Assembly: GCA_949284445.1 (NCBI GenBank)
Contig: CASDVP010000009.1
Location: forward strand, 14,609-78,608
Source: an uncultured Bacillota bacterium
GTDB taxonomy: Bacteria; Bacillota_I; Bacilli_A; RFN20; CAG-288
DNA: 64,000 nt
Direction of reading: 5' to 3'
The position numbers were made by a program, and so were the translations under genes. The notes beneath the pieces were generated by a model. The model saw only the letters and a list, made by a program, of their open reading frames with translations, was not told where the DNA came from and searched no databases. Shown piece by piece: positions 52,001-60,836 of this stretch; within the stretch, counting starts at the first letter, position 1; each line of letters begins with the position of its first letter.

Positions 52001-52749
52001 CTATTGTTGCTCCTACGTCATTAACTATTAAAGCAAATGGAGATGCCACTACTGTTGAAGAGAAGAAAACACTTCAATTGTTTGTAACTGCTGAACCAAC
52101 TAATGCTGATTTAGATGCTGATTGGTCTAGCAGTGATAATGGAATTGCCACTGTATCTGATACTGGTGTTGTTACTGGTGTGTCCAAAGGAAAGGTGACT
52201 ATTACAGCCACTTCTAAAATTGATGCTAACATTAAGGCAACCATTGATTTAGAAGTATTAGAAAATACCACACCTGTTGGAGCTAGTATTGTATTTGATA
52301 TGACTGCTGGTTGGGATGGTAAGAAAGTTTCTAATGATACTTTTGACAGCAACCAATTAGATTCAAACGCGACTCAAGCTTACTTTAACTCAATTCTCCC
52401 TGATTCGGGAATCACCATTACAAATGCAGCAAATATTAAGAAGGGAAAAGCAGGATTAAATGGGATTGCTCTGGGAACTGGTAGTAATGCTGGAACACTT
52501 CAATTTACTACTACTAGTCAAATTAAAGGTGTTAAAATAACTGCACTTGCATGGGGTAGTGATGAAGCAGTTGCTATAGTTAATGATTCTGAACCTCAAA
52601 ATGTAAAATCTGGTGAATATTCTGAAGCTGCGAGCGGAGATTATGAATTGGTTTTTAATTTTGACACTCCTACTACAGAGATTAGCATCAAAAATAATGG
52701 TAAGAATCAAAGATTTGCTATTCTTAAACTAGAATTAATTCTTGCTTAA
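49078..52749 (+). CDS. Giant surface lipoprotein (1223 aa) with several Big_2 domains and repeated OB-fold-like modules.
   Basis: AGGAGG RBS. MKKKFLLSLAGLLSLVGMVSC (MVSC lipobox). Big_2 examples: VTLTKGQTITLKASVYGAENTSVTWKSDTETVATVTEEGVVTAVANGTATITATS and KTLQLFVTAEPTNADLDADWSSSDNGIATVSDTGVVTGVSKGKVTITATS. Repeated modules of about 100 aa follow the pattern Y..G.....WY......G.YGNFYI....G.E...YGATA. Confidence 0.8.
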   Translation: MKKKFLLSLAGLLSLVGMVSCTETSNKPNVSVTTNLPALSTLSILNKDELQSDWHLDDNYRTLDVSGGENVNIQQYIYSNQVTITSSDSSVIATSGLTLTPRKVGKSTITIAYNNSELKDSVEIEILSAHKLTSDSSFVVFDERTSQLTYSIGSDTTRPDDLSKLKYTDQAATDVAWTSSDTSIATVSDDGVVSAVKKPDADTSVTITATLKSNPKYTKTITIDVFEKIPVVAISALDDYEIGDTAFVRGVVVAKTTQGYLIDDGTAAVYVFLKDDPANINIGDYYEVGGALAAYNGALQFTADAAQTKLSETAPKPREAIALTKEIADGWKTKSASTEKQQYSTTEIAKYSWTAVAAKDGKYWVINLEGSTTKIEASYMPNNFKLEAGKTYNIEAYFGGYAGPNYGDYAAMYITSVEETEPLGVNVQLDQTAVTLTKGQTITLKASVYGAENTSVTWKSDTETVATVTEEGVVTAVANGTATITATSVEDNTKSATCVITVADEVAEPKQKVVNSVSEITNDTAKDLSQVYIIEGTVSKWYKDNSDGTNYGNFYIKDSTGAELLVYGATADASVLSFDNHTAEYSYDNPANFKTNEYTSKITLGSNITLAAVRTEFSGTKQLNAIVLSADDTFVVNYDVDTTGVTEGSASNVYLYETTGKITRWYDENDDAGQYGNFYIQTEGKEEICIYGATAQADSLKFDPETGNYYLSNPQDFLTNEATKDLKIGDSITIRGFRSDYNGSVQLKGIVVTDSQNEDPDQSVKLSELKSLENGTKFISRGYYMGKNDTSYEGNYNAVYVADGSTSYLLYKVSETLLPDNLVPNETIIEFSGVISNYTKEDSTIYEATASEITIVDSDESIVKPTIHTINAENPEFDLNAGVEHNKVNIEDATVTDVSVGNYGNTTIYFNVGESDTEYSIYLDSRYTNLEDEDLAELEAGDSFTTSTWIAANTGKTPFTYNFAYVENFVRTPKPIVAPTSLTIKANGDATTVEEKKTLQLFVTAEPTNADLDADWSSSDNGIATVSDTGVVTGVSKGKVTITATSKIDANIKATIDLEVLENTTPVGASIVFDMTAGWDGKKVSNDTFDSNQLDSNATQAYFNSILPDSGITITNAANIKKGKAGLNGIALGTGSNAGTLQFTTTSQIKGVKITALAWGSDEAVAIVNDSEPQNVKSGEYSEAASGDYELVFNFDTPTTEISIKNNGKNQRFAILKLELILA

Positions 52750-52772
52750 TTATTTTCTTTAGAATAAATATG

Positions 52773-52806
52773 TGTCCTGCCGTAAAGGCAGGACACTTCT
52801 TTTCTT
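52773..52806 (+). terminator. Rho-independent terminator after the giant lipoprotein gene.
   Basis: GTGTCCTGCC, gtaaa loop, GGCAGGACAC, then TTCTTTTCTT. Confidence 0.7.
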
Positions 52807-52849
52807 GACTAATCGGTGCGAAAATAAGATAATATTTAAGCACCTTTTT

Positions 52850-52937
52850 GGAGTGATACTCAAGTTGGTGAAGAGGAGTCCCTGCTAAGGACTTAGGGGG
52901 AGCAATCCCCGCGAGAGTTCAAATCTCTCTCACTCCG
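52850..52937 (+). tRNA. tRNA-Ser (anticodon GCU), 88 nt, with a long variable arm and no encoded CCA.
   Basis: Acceptor GGAGTGA pairs with TCACTCC and the discriminator is G. Anticodon stem AGTCC/GGACT with loop CTGCTAA. Variable arm GGGGGAGCAATCCCC. T arm GAGAG-TTCAAAT-CTCTC. Confidence 0.85.
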
Positions 52938-52953
52938 TATTTGACCGAAATTT

Positions 52954-52976
52954 GCCCTAATTCTAGGGCTTTTTTA
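52954..52976 (+). terminator. Rho-independent terminator after the tRNA-Ser.
   Basis: GCCCTA, attc loop, TAGGGC, then T6. Confidence 0.6.
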
Positions 52977-52981
52977 TTTTC

Positions 52982-53003
52982 TGTTTGCACTTTGTTTGCA
53001 CTT
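52982..53003 (+). repeat. Perfect tandem direct repeat of 2 x 11 nt (TGTTTGCACTT) just upstream of the -10 of the polysaccharide locus.
   Basis: Read directly. It is followed by TATAAT at 53010-15 and an AGGAG RBS at 53025-29. Confidence 0.8.
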
Positions 53004-53039
53004 TTTATATATAATAATTTAACTAGGAGCATGATATTT

Positions 53040-54026
53040 ATGGATTTAAAACATATGTTGTTAACTTTAAACACCATTCCTTTATCCATGAGCTATCTAA
53101 GATACAAAAAGGTCAGAACATATCAAAAATTAAACAAAAATGAGAATGATGTAAAACTGTTTATTAAAGCCAGCAAGTATAAAGAAAAATACTGGCTTGC
53201 TATGTATAAATATCTTGATAAGCATTATTCGTATATTTTAAACAAAGAATATCATAAGCATTATGATACTCATACAAGCGAAAAGAATATTTATGTTTTA
53301 TGGCTTCAAGGCGAAGATAAAATGCCAATGGTATCACAAATCTGTTTAGAAAGATTGAAATTATTAAATCCAGATATCAATATTGTAGTTTTAACTTCTG
53401 AGAACTTAAAACAACATAAGATTGAACTTCCTGATTATATTCTAGAAAAATACCAGAAAGGTTTTATTTCAGCTACTATTTTATCTGATTTAATAAGGAT
53501 TTCACTTTTAGCTAATAATCAAGGATTATATTTAGATGCGACGGTTTATTGTCTTAAACCTCTTCCAAAATGGTATTTTGATGTACCTTTCTTTTCTTTA
53601 AATTCTCGCAATTTATTTGAAACTGTGGGTAATATTATTCGATTCGATAATTTTGAGTTTGGAGAAGTTTATGCTTTAGGTGGAACATCTCCATTAATCT
53701 ATTCAATGGCTAAAGATATTTATTTTGATTATTTAAAACATCATGGTGTTGTTCCTTGCTATGAATTCACATATTATATTTTCCGTTATCTTTATTATCG
53801 ATGTGAAGCCGTGAGAAATATGATCAATCAACTTCCCAGTAACAATAAGCATGCTGAATTTTTAGTAAATTATTATAATGATGGCGATTTAGATAAACAA
53901 ACTTCATTTAAATTTGATAATGATGATGCTTTTATTAAACTGTCTAATAAGTTAGATTTTTTAAACAGATATGATAAAGCAACTTTAAAGCAGTTAATTG
54001 AAGATTTAGTCAACAGACATTCTTAG
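53040..54026 (+). CDS. Glycosyltransferase of the Gly_transf_sug / capsular-polysaccharide-synthesis family, with a DxD motif.
   Basis: ATG at 53040 (MDLKHMLL) follows an AGGAG RBS 10 nt upstream. The ORF track extends upstream across the terminator. Motifs: IYVLWLQGEDKMP and LSDLIRISLLANNQGLYLDATVYC. Confidence 0.7.
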   Translation: MDLKHMLLTLNTIPLSMSYLRYKKVRTYQKLNKNENDVKLFIKASKYKEKYWLAMYKYLDKHYSYILNKEYHKHYDTHTSEKNIYVLWLQGEDKMPMVSQICLERLKLLNPDINIVVLTSENLKQHKIELPDYILEKYQKGFISATILSDLIRISLLANNQGLYLDATVYCLKPLPKWYFDVPFFSLNSRNLFETVGNIIRFDNFEFGEVYALGGTSPLIYSMAKDIYFDYLKHHGVVPCYEFTYYIFRYLYYRCEAVRNMINQLPSNNKHAEFLVNYYNDGDLDKQTSFKFDNDDAFIKLSNKLDFLNRYDKATLKQLIEDLVNRHS

Positions 54027-54119
54027 TATTATTTTATCCTTAAAGCTTGGAAATATGACCACCATTTAACCCTCTTAAAACAATAGCTTTTATATTGTTT
54101 AAAAAGTATAATTTAAGGG

Positions 54120-54557
54120 ATGAAACAATTATATGATATCAATGCTTTAGCTAGAGTCTTATCCGTTTCGCCATCTGATATTTTTAGAATTGAAATATCA
54201 GAAGTGAATCGGGTTTTGCCTGGTAAAATTGGTGATAGATATTATTGTGTCATTAAATCTGATCGTTTCATCTGTTATTATTTAAAGAATGGAATCATCA
54301 ATAGCCAGGTCAGTCTATTATTCAAAGATTTTCAAGAAGCTAAATTCTTTTGTAAAAGAGGAAAATTATATTTTGAAAGTAATTTTAAAGGATACTTTTT
54401 TCCTTTTTATGCTAAAAGAGCTGCTTGGAAATCAAAAGCTGGAAAATCATTTATTAATCATTTAAGCAAACAAGTGAACATTAAGAATATAAATGATTAT
54501 AAATTAGCGACAGGAAAGTTATTTGTCTTTAGCTATCTTAATCATTTATTTGGCTGA
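54120..54557 (+). CDS. Hypothetical protein, 145 aa.
   Basis: ORF inside the glycan locus with no recognisable motif. Confidence 0.4.
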   Translation: MKQLYDINALARVLSVSPSDIFRIEISEVNRVLPGKIGDRYYCVIKSDRFICYYLKNGIINSQVSLLFKDFQEAKFFCKRGKLYFESNFKGYFFPFYAKRAAWKSKAGKSFINHLSKQVNIKNINDYKLATGKLFVFSYLNHLFG

Positions 54558-54624
54558 TGTTATATTGAATTGACTATTATATTGCTTTAAGCAAGTGAAT
54601 GTTTAAAATAATGTTTTGTTGATT

Positions 54625-56121
54625 ATGGCTAATTTTTTTAAAAAAATAACTCTGGATAGCAAGTCGATCAAGGTAAATGCTATTTTTAATAGCATTTATC
54701 AAATTTTGGTGCTTTTAGCTCCATTGATAACTACCCCTTATATTTCGCGCGTTTTAGGTGTAGATGCTATAGGAAGTTATCAGTATTGTTATTCGATTAT
54801 GAATTATTTCACCCTAGTTGCAATGTTTGGTTTTTCAGATTATGGAATTAAAAAGATAGCCGAGTTGCGAGATGATAAGTCAAAAAGATCTAATGCTTTT
54901 TGGGAAATCATGTTTTCCAAAGGCCTCATTTCTTTGATTTGTTTAGTAGTTTATTTCCTTGTCACTCTCATATTATTTTCTGGCACAGAAATGATGATCT
55001 TTTTAGTCATGTCTCTGTTTGTGATTTCGGTACTATTAGATCCGACTTTTTATTTTCAAGGGCGAGAAAACTTTATATCGATTTGTATAAGAAATATCAT
55101 AGTTCGTTTGTTTACAATCGCAATGATATTTGTTGTGGTTCATTCACCAGATGATGTAGTTCTATATGCGCTAGTTTTAGCTGGCAGTAACTTATTATCA
55201 GCTATCATTATGTTTTTCTCGTTTAAGGGCAGTATTAATAAGCCTAATTTTAAAGAAATGCATGTTCTCAATCAATTCAAGCAATCATTCCCCTATTTTA
55301 TCCCTGCATTATCAATATCATTATTCACTTCTTTAAATCAAACCTTATTAGGCTCAATTTTAAAGAATGATACAGTTAGCGGCTATTATGCTCAAGCTAT
55401 TAGGTTTTCTAATTTAATCGGTTCTTTTGTTGGTTCGCTGAGCACAATTATGTTGTCGCGTATCTCATATTTGCACGCTCATAATGACGAAGAACAAGTG
55501 AAACACAAGGTTAAAGTTGCATTTCATGCTGCTTGGGCTGTCGGTTTACCATGTGTTTTTGGTATATGTGCTATCAGTCATGTTTTGATTCCAGTATTTT
55601 TAGGACCTGGATATGAGCCAGTTATTTATTTGATTTATATCATTGCTCCAATCGGTATTATTTCACCGATTAATACTTTATATGGAAACGTGTATTATAA
55701 AGCCTACAATAAAATCTGGTATCAGACAGGTATCTTATTAACAGCAGCAATCGTATCTATATCTCTAAATTTCTTATTGATCCCTAAATTTGGTGCAACA
55801 GGTTGTGCGATAGCATCTCTTGCTGCTGAATTAGTCCAAGTACCAATCTATATGTTTTTCTCGCGAAAAACATTTGATCACAAAGAATTGTTTAAAACCA
55901 TAATCAAGCCCTTTGATGCTTCACTTCTTATGATGATTGCTATATTTGTACTAGATAATATTATTGGGAAATTGCTTTCTAACACACTAGCTGTAATCAT
56001 CTATATTCTAGTCGGCATTATAGTTTATGGTTGTTTCATTTTGCTATTTAAAGATGATTTTGTAGTTCCATTAGTGAAAAAAGGTTTTATAAAAATTAAA
56101 ACAAAGATTTTTAAGAAATAG
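54625..56121 (+). CDS. wzx: Wzx-type oligosaccharide flippase (polysaccharide biosynthesis protein, MOP superfamily).
   Basis: About 12-14 TM helices. The N-terminus AIFNSIYQILVLLAPLITTPYISRVLGVDAIGSY is typical of the Polysacc_synt family. Confidence 0.75.
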   Translation: MANFFKKITLDSKSIKVNAIFNSIYQILVLLAPLITTPYISRVLGVDAIGSYQYCYSIMNYFTLVAMFGFSDYGIKKIAELRDDKSKRSNAFWEIMFSKGLISLICLVVYFLVTLILFSGTEMMIFLVMSLFVISVLLDPTFYFQGRENFISICIRNIIVRLFTIAMIFVVVHSPDDVVLYALVLAGSNLLSAIIMFFSFKGSINKPNFKEMHVLNQFKQSFPYFIPALSISLFTSLNQTLLGSILKNDTVSGYYAQAIRFSNLIGSFVGSLSTIMLSRISYLHAHNDEEQVKHKVKVAFHAAWAVGLPCVFGICAISHVLIPVFLGPGYEPVIYLIYIIAPIGIISPINTLYGNVYYKAYNKIWYQTGILLTAAIVSISLNFLLIPKFGATGCAIASLAAELVQVPIYMFFSRKTFDHKELFKTIIKPFDASLLMMIAIFVLDNIIGKLLSNTLAVIIYILVGIIVYGCFILLFKDDFVVPLVKKGFIKIKTKIFKK

Positions 56122-56142
56122 TCTTTTATGAAAGGGTACAAA

Positions 56143-56904
56143 ATGGATGATATAAAAATTATAGTAGCATGTCATAAGCCTGTTAACACTATACCTGAAT
56201 CAAGTATTTATTTACCAGTAGAGGTTGGAGCAGCTTTAAGAAATGAACATTTTCTAGATACTTTAGATAATACTGGTGATAATATTTCTGCTAAAAATCC
56301 TAGCTATTGTGAATTAACAGGACTCTACTGGGCATTTAAACACTTAGATTATGATGTTCTGGGCTTAGTTCATTATCGACGCTTATTCATGAAATCTAAT
56401 CTTTGTGTTAGAAAGAATATAAAAAATGTGATCACTGAAAAAGAGATCAACCGACTTTTATCTGATCATGATTTTATTCTTCCAAAGAAAAGACATTATT
56501 ATATCGAAACCAATTACTCACACTATATTCATGCCCATAATAAAGAAGCATTAGATAAAACTGGTGAAATCATAAAACAATATTATCCAGAATATTATTC
56601 ATATTTTCAAAAACATATGAATAAAAGAACTGGACATTATTTCAATATGTTTATCGCTAAAAAAGAAGTTATCAACCCATTCCTGACTTGGATGTTTGAT
56701 ATTTTATTTAAACTAGAACAAGAGATCGATTTAAATGATTATCAGGGTGTAGAAAGACGTGTGTTTGGATATATTTCTGAATTATTATTTGATGTTTATA
56801 TCTCTAAAAACAATCTAAAAGTTAAGAATCAAAAATACTTGTTTTTTGAAAAACAGAATTGGGTTAAGAAGATATTTAATTTCATCAAAAGAAAGTTTAA
56901 ATAA
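56143..56904 (+). CDS. DUF4422-family protein (exopolysaccharide biosynthesis).
   Basis: IKIIVACHK...DNTGDNISAKNPSYCELTGLYWAFKH...GLVHYRRLF matches the DUF4422 pattern. The start could instead be the ATG at 56128. Confidence 0.65.
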   Translation: MDDIKIIVACHKPVNTIPESSIYLPVEVGAALRNEHFLDTLDNTGDNISAKNPSYCELTGLYWAFKHLDYDVLGLVHYRRLFMKSNLCVRKNIKNVITEKEINRLLSDHDFILPKKRHYYIETNYSHYIHAHNKEALDKTGEIIKQYYPEYYSYFQKHMNKRTGHYFNMFIAKKEVINPFLTWMFDILFKLEQEIDLNDYQGVERRVFGYISELLFDVYISKNNLKVKNQKYLFFEKQNWVKKIFNFIKRKFK

Positions 56905-56916
56905 TGGGTTTTTAAT

Positions 56917-57900
56917 ATGAAGTTAACTATTTGTATTGTTAATTACAACAAGTCAAAATATCTTCCAGATTTATTTGATTCATTAATTCAACAAACTGAT
57001 AAAGATTTTTCTATTCTATTTGTAGATAATTGTTCTACAGATAGTTCTATTGAAGTTGTTAACAAATATAAAGCTAACCTACCTATTGAACTTATATATG
57101 AAAGCCGAAAAGGTGTTCAATTTGCTAGAAATACAGCACTTAGCAATGTGAAAACAGACTATTTCACTTTCGTAGACGCAGATGATATTGTTGCAAAAAA
57201 TTATGTATCTTTTATTAATGGTTCACTTCCTGTAGATGAACTATTGATGTTTTCTTTTAAGACTTTTGAAGATAAAAAAACCATACAACAATATTTAGAT
57301 GGTGCTCAGGATTTTGAAATAAAAAAAGTCAAATTAGAAAAACGAATGTACTCATTTCAATCGATAGAAGGGATTGAAATGACTTATTTATGGAATAAGG
57401 TCTTTAAAAAGTCTATTTGCGACACTTTTGATATAACATTTGACGAGAGCGTTGGAATAGGAGAAGATTGCTTTTTTATAGATAAATATCTTGAACATAT
57501 TTCATCAATTCTAGTCAGCAAACAAGTGCTTTATTTTTATAGAAAAGCCGAGGATTCACTGATGAATTATTCATCCATTAATGAGTTAGTGATAAATAGA
57601 TTCTTGTCTGAAATAAAGCGGTGCGATTATTTAAATGAAGTTTTAGATGTTTCTTCTAGTGAATATTTAGAATGGATGACACATGAGATATGGATATATA
57701 GAAATATCTATAGATTGCTCATCAGAGCAAATAGAATAGATTATGCGAATAATTTCCTTAATAATTATTTATCATCTGTCAAACAGAGATTAAAGAAAAA
57801 CAAGGTTATATCATTGTTAAGACTAAAACTGTTTATCAAATTAATCGGAAAGAAAAGATATTTTGGGATCGTTTCTAAAAAGCCCCAAAAGAATAGATGA
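56917..57900 (+). CDS. Family-2 glycosyltransferase.
   Basis: LTICIVNYNKSKYLPDLFDSLIQQT...FVDNCSTD...FVDADD. This is a GT-A fold with a DxD motif. Confidence 0.8.
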   Translation: MKLTICIVNYNKSKYLPDLFDSLIQQTDKDFSILFVDNCSTDSSIEVVNKYKANLPIELIYESRKGVQFARNTALSNVKTDYFTFVDADDIVAKNYVSFINGSLPVDELLMFSFKTFEDKKTIQQYLDGAQDFEIKKVKLEKRMYSFQSIEGIEMTYLWNKVFKKSICDTFDITFDESVGIGEDCFFIDKYLEHISSILVSKQVLYFYRKAEDSLMNYSSINELVINRFLSEIKRCDYLNEVLDVSSSEYLEWMTHEIWIYRNIYRLLIRANRIDYANNFLNNYLSSVKQRLKKNKVISLLRLKLFIKLIGKKRYFGIVSKKPQKNR

Positions 57901-59044
57901 ATGCATCATTAAAGTTGTGTAATCCTAGTGCGCCGACAATGAATAAAGCAAAATAGGAGACTAAAATTAACGTTTTATTAATCCTATAGTTATTGCTGTT
58001 TTTAAGAATGACTGGAACTATCAAGATTCCTACACAAGAAAAGATAGAAGCTAATCTATTCATGATCCACCAATTGATTTTTAATAGTGAAAAACAAGCT
58101 GAGACAACAATGGAGTAGAATGAAATACTTTGTGCAGTAGTCAATTCAGCAGTTTTAGCTTTATCAACATATAATATCAACTGCATATTCTGAGTTTTAT
58201 TAAAATTATTAGTAGGTGCTGGGATCAGTAATTGTTTATAAACAACAGTTTTATGGTTATATGAACTTAATATTAATACTATACATATGAGTGGGAACAT
58301 CAAATCAAATATGGCATTCATCGTACCCCAGGATGTAAAAAAGACGCTTGTTAAGTAAAATTCATAATGAAGTAATCTAACTATTGGAACGAGAATATTA
58401 TCTCCTAAAATCAAAACAACAAAGGCACCACAAGCTATTGCTAAAAATACCGCGATATTCTTTTTTATGAATGGGCATAATATTAATAAAGCTAAAACGA
58501 TGTTTATCTTATGAAATAATGCAGATAATAAACAACCTATTAAATAAAGAATATAATGTTTCTTTTTTAAACATGGTATAAATAACAATACAATTGCTGT
58601 TCCTAAGTATTGGCGCATAAGATTAAAACTTATGAAATAGTTAAAAGATAATAAATATAGCAAGATAGAAAAAGAAGGATCTGGTGACATCTTAAAAATA
58701 AAATACAAGACACCAAAGTTTATGATAAAGCTAGTCACTAATAACATGAACTGAGGATTTGAACTTATCTTGTAACAGAGATTAAATAATAGAGAAAATC
58801 CAAATTCATATCTCACATTAGTGAACGGAAATGGTGAATTGCCTATCTCTTCATAAGCATCGATGTACATCTGAGTATCAGTTCCGACATCCGCTGATCT
58901 TAATCCGGAGACCAAAGTTAAAACAATAAGGGAATAACTGAATAACCAAATCTTGTGATACCTTGAATTTTTAGTCACTAAAGATACTATAAAAATAGAT
59001 AAAATAATCGCTAAATAAAATAAAATCGTCTGTATCAAGGTCAT
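57875..59044 (-). CDS. EpsG-family membrane protein (Wzy-like polysaccharide polymerase).
   Basis: About 10 TM helices. SGLRSADVGTDTQMYIDAYE matches the EpsG signature G(L)R..vGtDt..Y. Confidence 0.7.
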   Translation of the reverse strand: MTLIQTILFYLAIILSIFIVSLVTKNSRYHKIWLFSYSLIVLTLVSGLRSADVGTDTQMYIDAYEEIGNSPFPFTNVRYEFGFSLLFNLCYKISSNPQFMLLVTSFIINFGVLYFIFKMSPDPSFSILLYLLSFNYFISFNLMRQYLGTAIVLLFIPCLKKKHYILYLIGCLLSALFHKINIVLALLILCPFIKKNIAVFLAIACGAFVVLILGDNILVPIVRLLHYEFYLTSVFFTSWGTMNAIFDLMFPLICIVLILSSYNHKTVVYKQLLIPAPTNNFNKTQNMQLILYVDKAKTAELTTAQSISFYSIVVSACFSLLKINWWIMNRLASIFSCVGILIVPVILKNSNNYRINKTLILVSYFALFIVGALGLHNFNDAFIYSFGAF

Positions 59045-59084
59045 TTCAAGATATTATACTACAGAGATAAATTCTGCTTTTGTA

Positions 59085-60008
59085 TTATCTCATAACTTTG
59101 TCGTATAAATGATTGATGAGAGAAGTTTTTTTCAAATTATCGATATTAATTCTCCAATTCAATTTTTGTGGGATTTTACTGATTTCATTTATATGCTTTT
59201 CTGTCACTTTGTAATTTAAATGATTTGTTAAATAATAAATATCATTGTCAGATTTATTATATTTTGCAAAATTCAAAATCACATCGTGATCGATCTCATT
59301 TATAGCGCATAGCATCAACATAATATCAATTAAAAAATAAGGTCTTTCTTCTAATTTTTCTATGGAATTAATCATCATTTCTAAAAAACAAGTGAACAAT
59401 ATCGAGTGTTTATTTGCTCCTATCAAGAATGTTGACCAGCAGCAATGGGTGTTTTTATATGAGAAAAAATGCGTTGTGTTTTCAGTGACAAGAGTAACAA
59501 AATTAAACTCAGAGAGCTGCTTTTTAAAGTTGATCGGTTTATCTATATATAAGGTTGAATCTATCCAGACACCACCGATTTGTGATATACAGGCTGCTCT
59601 AACAAGATCACTAAACATTTGAATTGAAAGCTCATTATTTTCTAGTTTGTTATAAATAGAATCTGGTAACCTAAGCAAAGTTTTTACATTATTTTTATCA
59701 ACCATTATGATGTTATATTCGTTCTCATATAATTTTTTCACTTGTTTATAACACATTTGAACTATTTTAGGGGCGTTATCAATACCATCATACCAAAAGA
59801 AAAAAATATTATTACTCGGTATGTATTCGTTGGTTTGAACTTTATATTTTTCTAAAATAGGTTTATTTAATTGCTCACAAATAGGCAGATATTTTTTGAT
59901 ATCATCAATAGCCTTGTTATGAGCTATTTTTCTTTTCAAAATGATTTTAAGGCCATTTGTGAAACCATAAGTTTGAATGTAATTAGCAATTTTATTTAAT
60001 GTGCTCAT
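59085..60008 (-). CDS. Glycosyltransferase of the Gly_transf_sug / Caps_synth family, paralog of the gene at 53040.
   Basis: ATG at 60008 (MSTLNKIANY). The ORF track starts at an upstream GTG. Motifs: IFFFWYDGIDNAPKIV and FSDLVRAACISQIGGVWIDSTLY. Confidence 0.7.
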   Translation of the reverse strand: MSTLNKIANYIQTYGFTNGLKIILKRKIAHNKAIDDIKKYLPICEQLNKPILEKYKVQTNEYIPSNNIFFFWYDGIDNAPKIVQMCYKQVKKLYENEYNIIMVDKNNVKTLLRLPDSIYNKLENNELSIQMFSDLVRAACISQIGGVWIDSTLYIDKPINFKKQLSEFNFVTLVTENTTHFFSYKNTHCCWSTFLIGANKHSILFTCFLEMMINSIEKLEERPYFLIDIMLMLCAINEIDHDVILNFAKYNKSDNDIYYLTNHLNYKVTEKHINEISKIPQKLNWRINIDNLKKTSLINHLYDKVMR

Positions 60009-60041
60009 ATCTCTCACCGTTTATTGTAAAATATTATAGCT

Positions 60042-60821
60042 ATGAATGAACAAGATTTAAAAATATTTATTGTGACACATAAAAAGTTTAACAAGCCGAA
60101 ATACGACGGCTATTATACTCTAGGTGTTGGGGATGATCAAAATAATATTGTCACTGATTTTCATGATAACACTGGTGATAATATCACTTCTAAAAATAAA
60201 AGCTTTTGTGAGTTAACTGCTTTATATTGGATCGATAAAAATGTTGATTGTAAAACAATTGGTTTAGTGCATTATAGAAGATATTTTTATCATCGGTATT
60301 TAAGTTTGTTTAAATACAAGTTATATTCTGTAGCGGAAATTAATAAAATTTTAAAAAAATATAAGGTGATTCTTCCGGTCCCTTCCATTCAAGCTGATAA
60401 AACATGGAAATGTGTATATGAACATTATTCACATTTTCATTATAAGAAAGACTTAGATGCTACGATTGAAATCATCAAAGAAATATATCCGCAATATTAT
60501 GATTCGTGTATGAAGGTTTTAAAAAGCAAAAAAATCTCATTGTGTAATATGGTTATAACATCAAAAGAAATATTGAGTGAATATTGTGAATTTTTATTTA
60601 ACATTTTATTCAGACTTGAAAAGCAGTTAGATATTTCGAATTATGATGATTATCAAGTTCGTATCTATGGCTTTTTAGGTGAATTATTGATCAATGTCTT
60701 CTTTGAACATCACAAAGAATATAAGATTAAATATCTACCTGTTTGTACAACCACTATTTCACCGATAAAAACCTATTTTATGAAATTTATCGGCTCAATC
60801 AGAAGAGTGATAGTCAAATAA
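60042..60821 (+). CDS. DUF4422-family protein, paralog of the gene at 56143.
   Basis: LKIFIVTHK...DNTGDNITSKNKSFCELTALYWIDKN...GLVHYRRYF. Confidence 0.7.
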   Translation: MNEQDLKIFIVTHKKFNKPKYDGYYTLGVGDDQNNIVTDFHDNTGDNITSKNKSFCELTALYWIDKNVDCKTIGLVHYRRYFYHRYLSLFKYKLYSVAEINKILKKYKVILPVPSIQADKTWKCVYEHYSHFHYKKDLDATIEIIKEIYPQYYDSCMKVLKSKKISLCNMVITSKEILSEYCEFLFNILFRLEKQLDISNYDDYQVRIYGFLGELLINVFFEHHKEYKIKYLPVCTTTISPIKTYFMKFIGSIRRVIVK

Positions 60822-60836
60822 TATTGGTGATTTAAA

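Noticed and set aside
52850-53040. An integrase or prophage/island junction at tRNA-Ser.
   Set aside because: I found no integrase, excisionase or direct repeat of the tRNA 3' end within the window. The tRNA is simply flanked by two intrinsic terminators.
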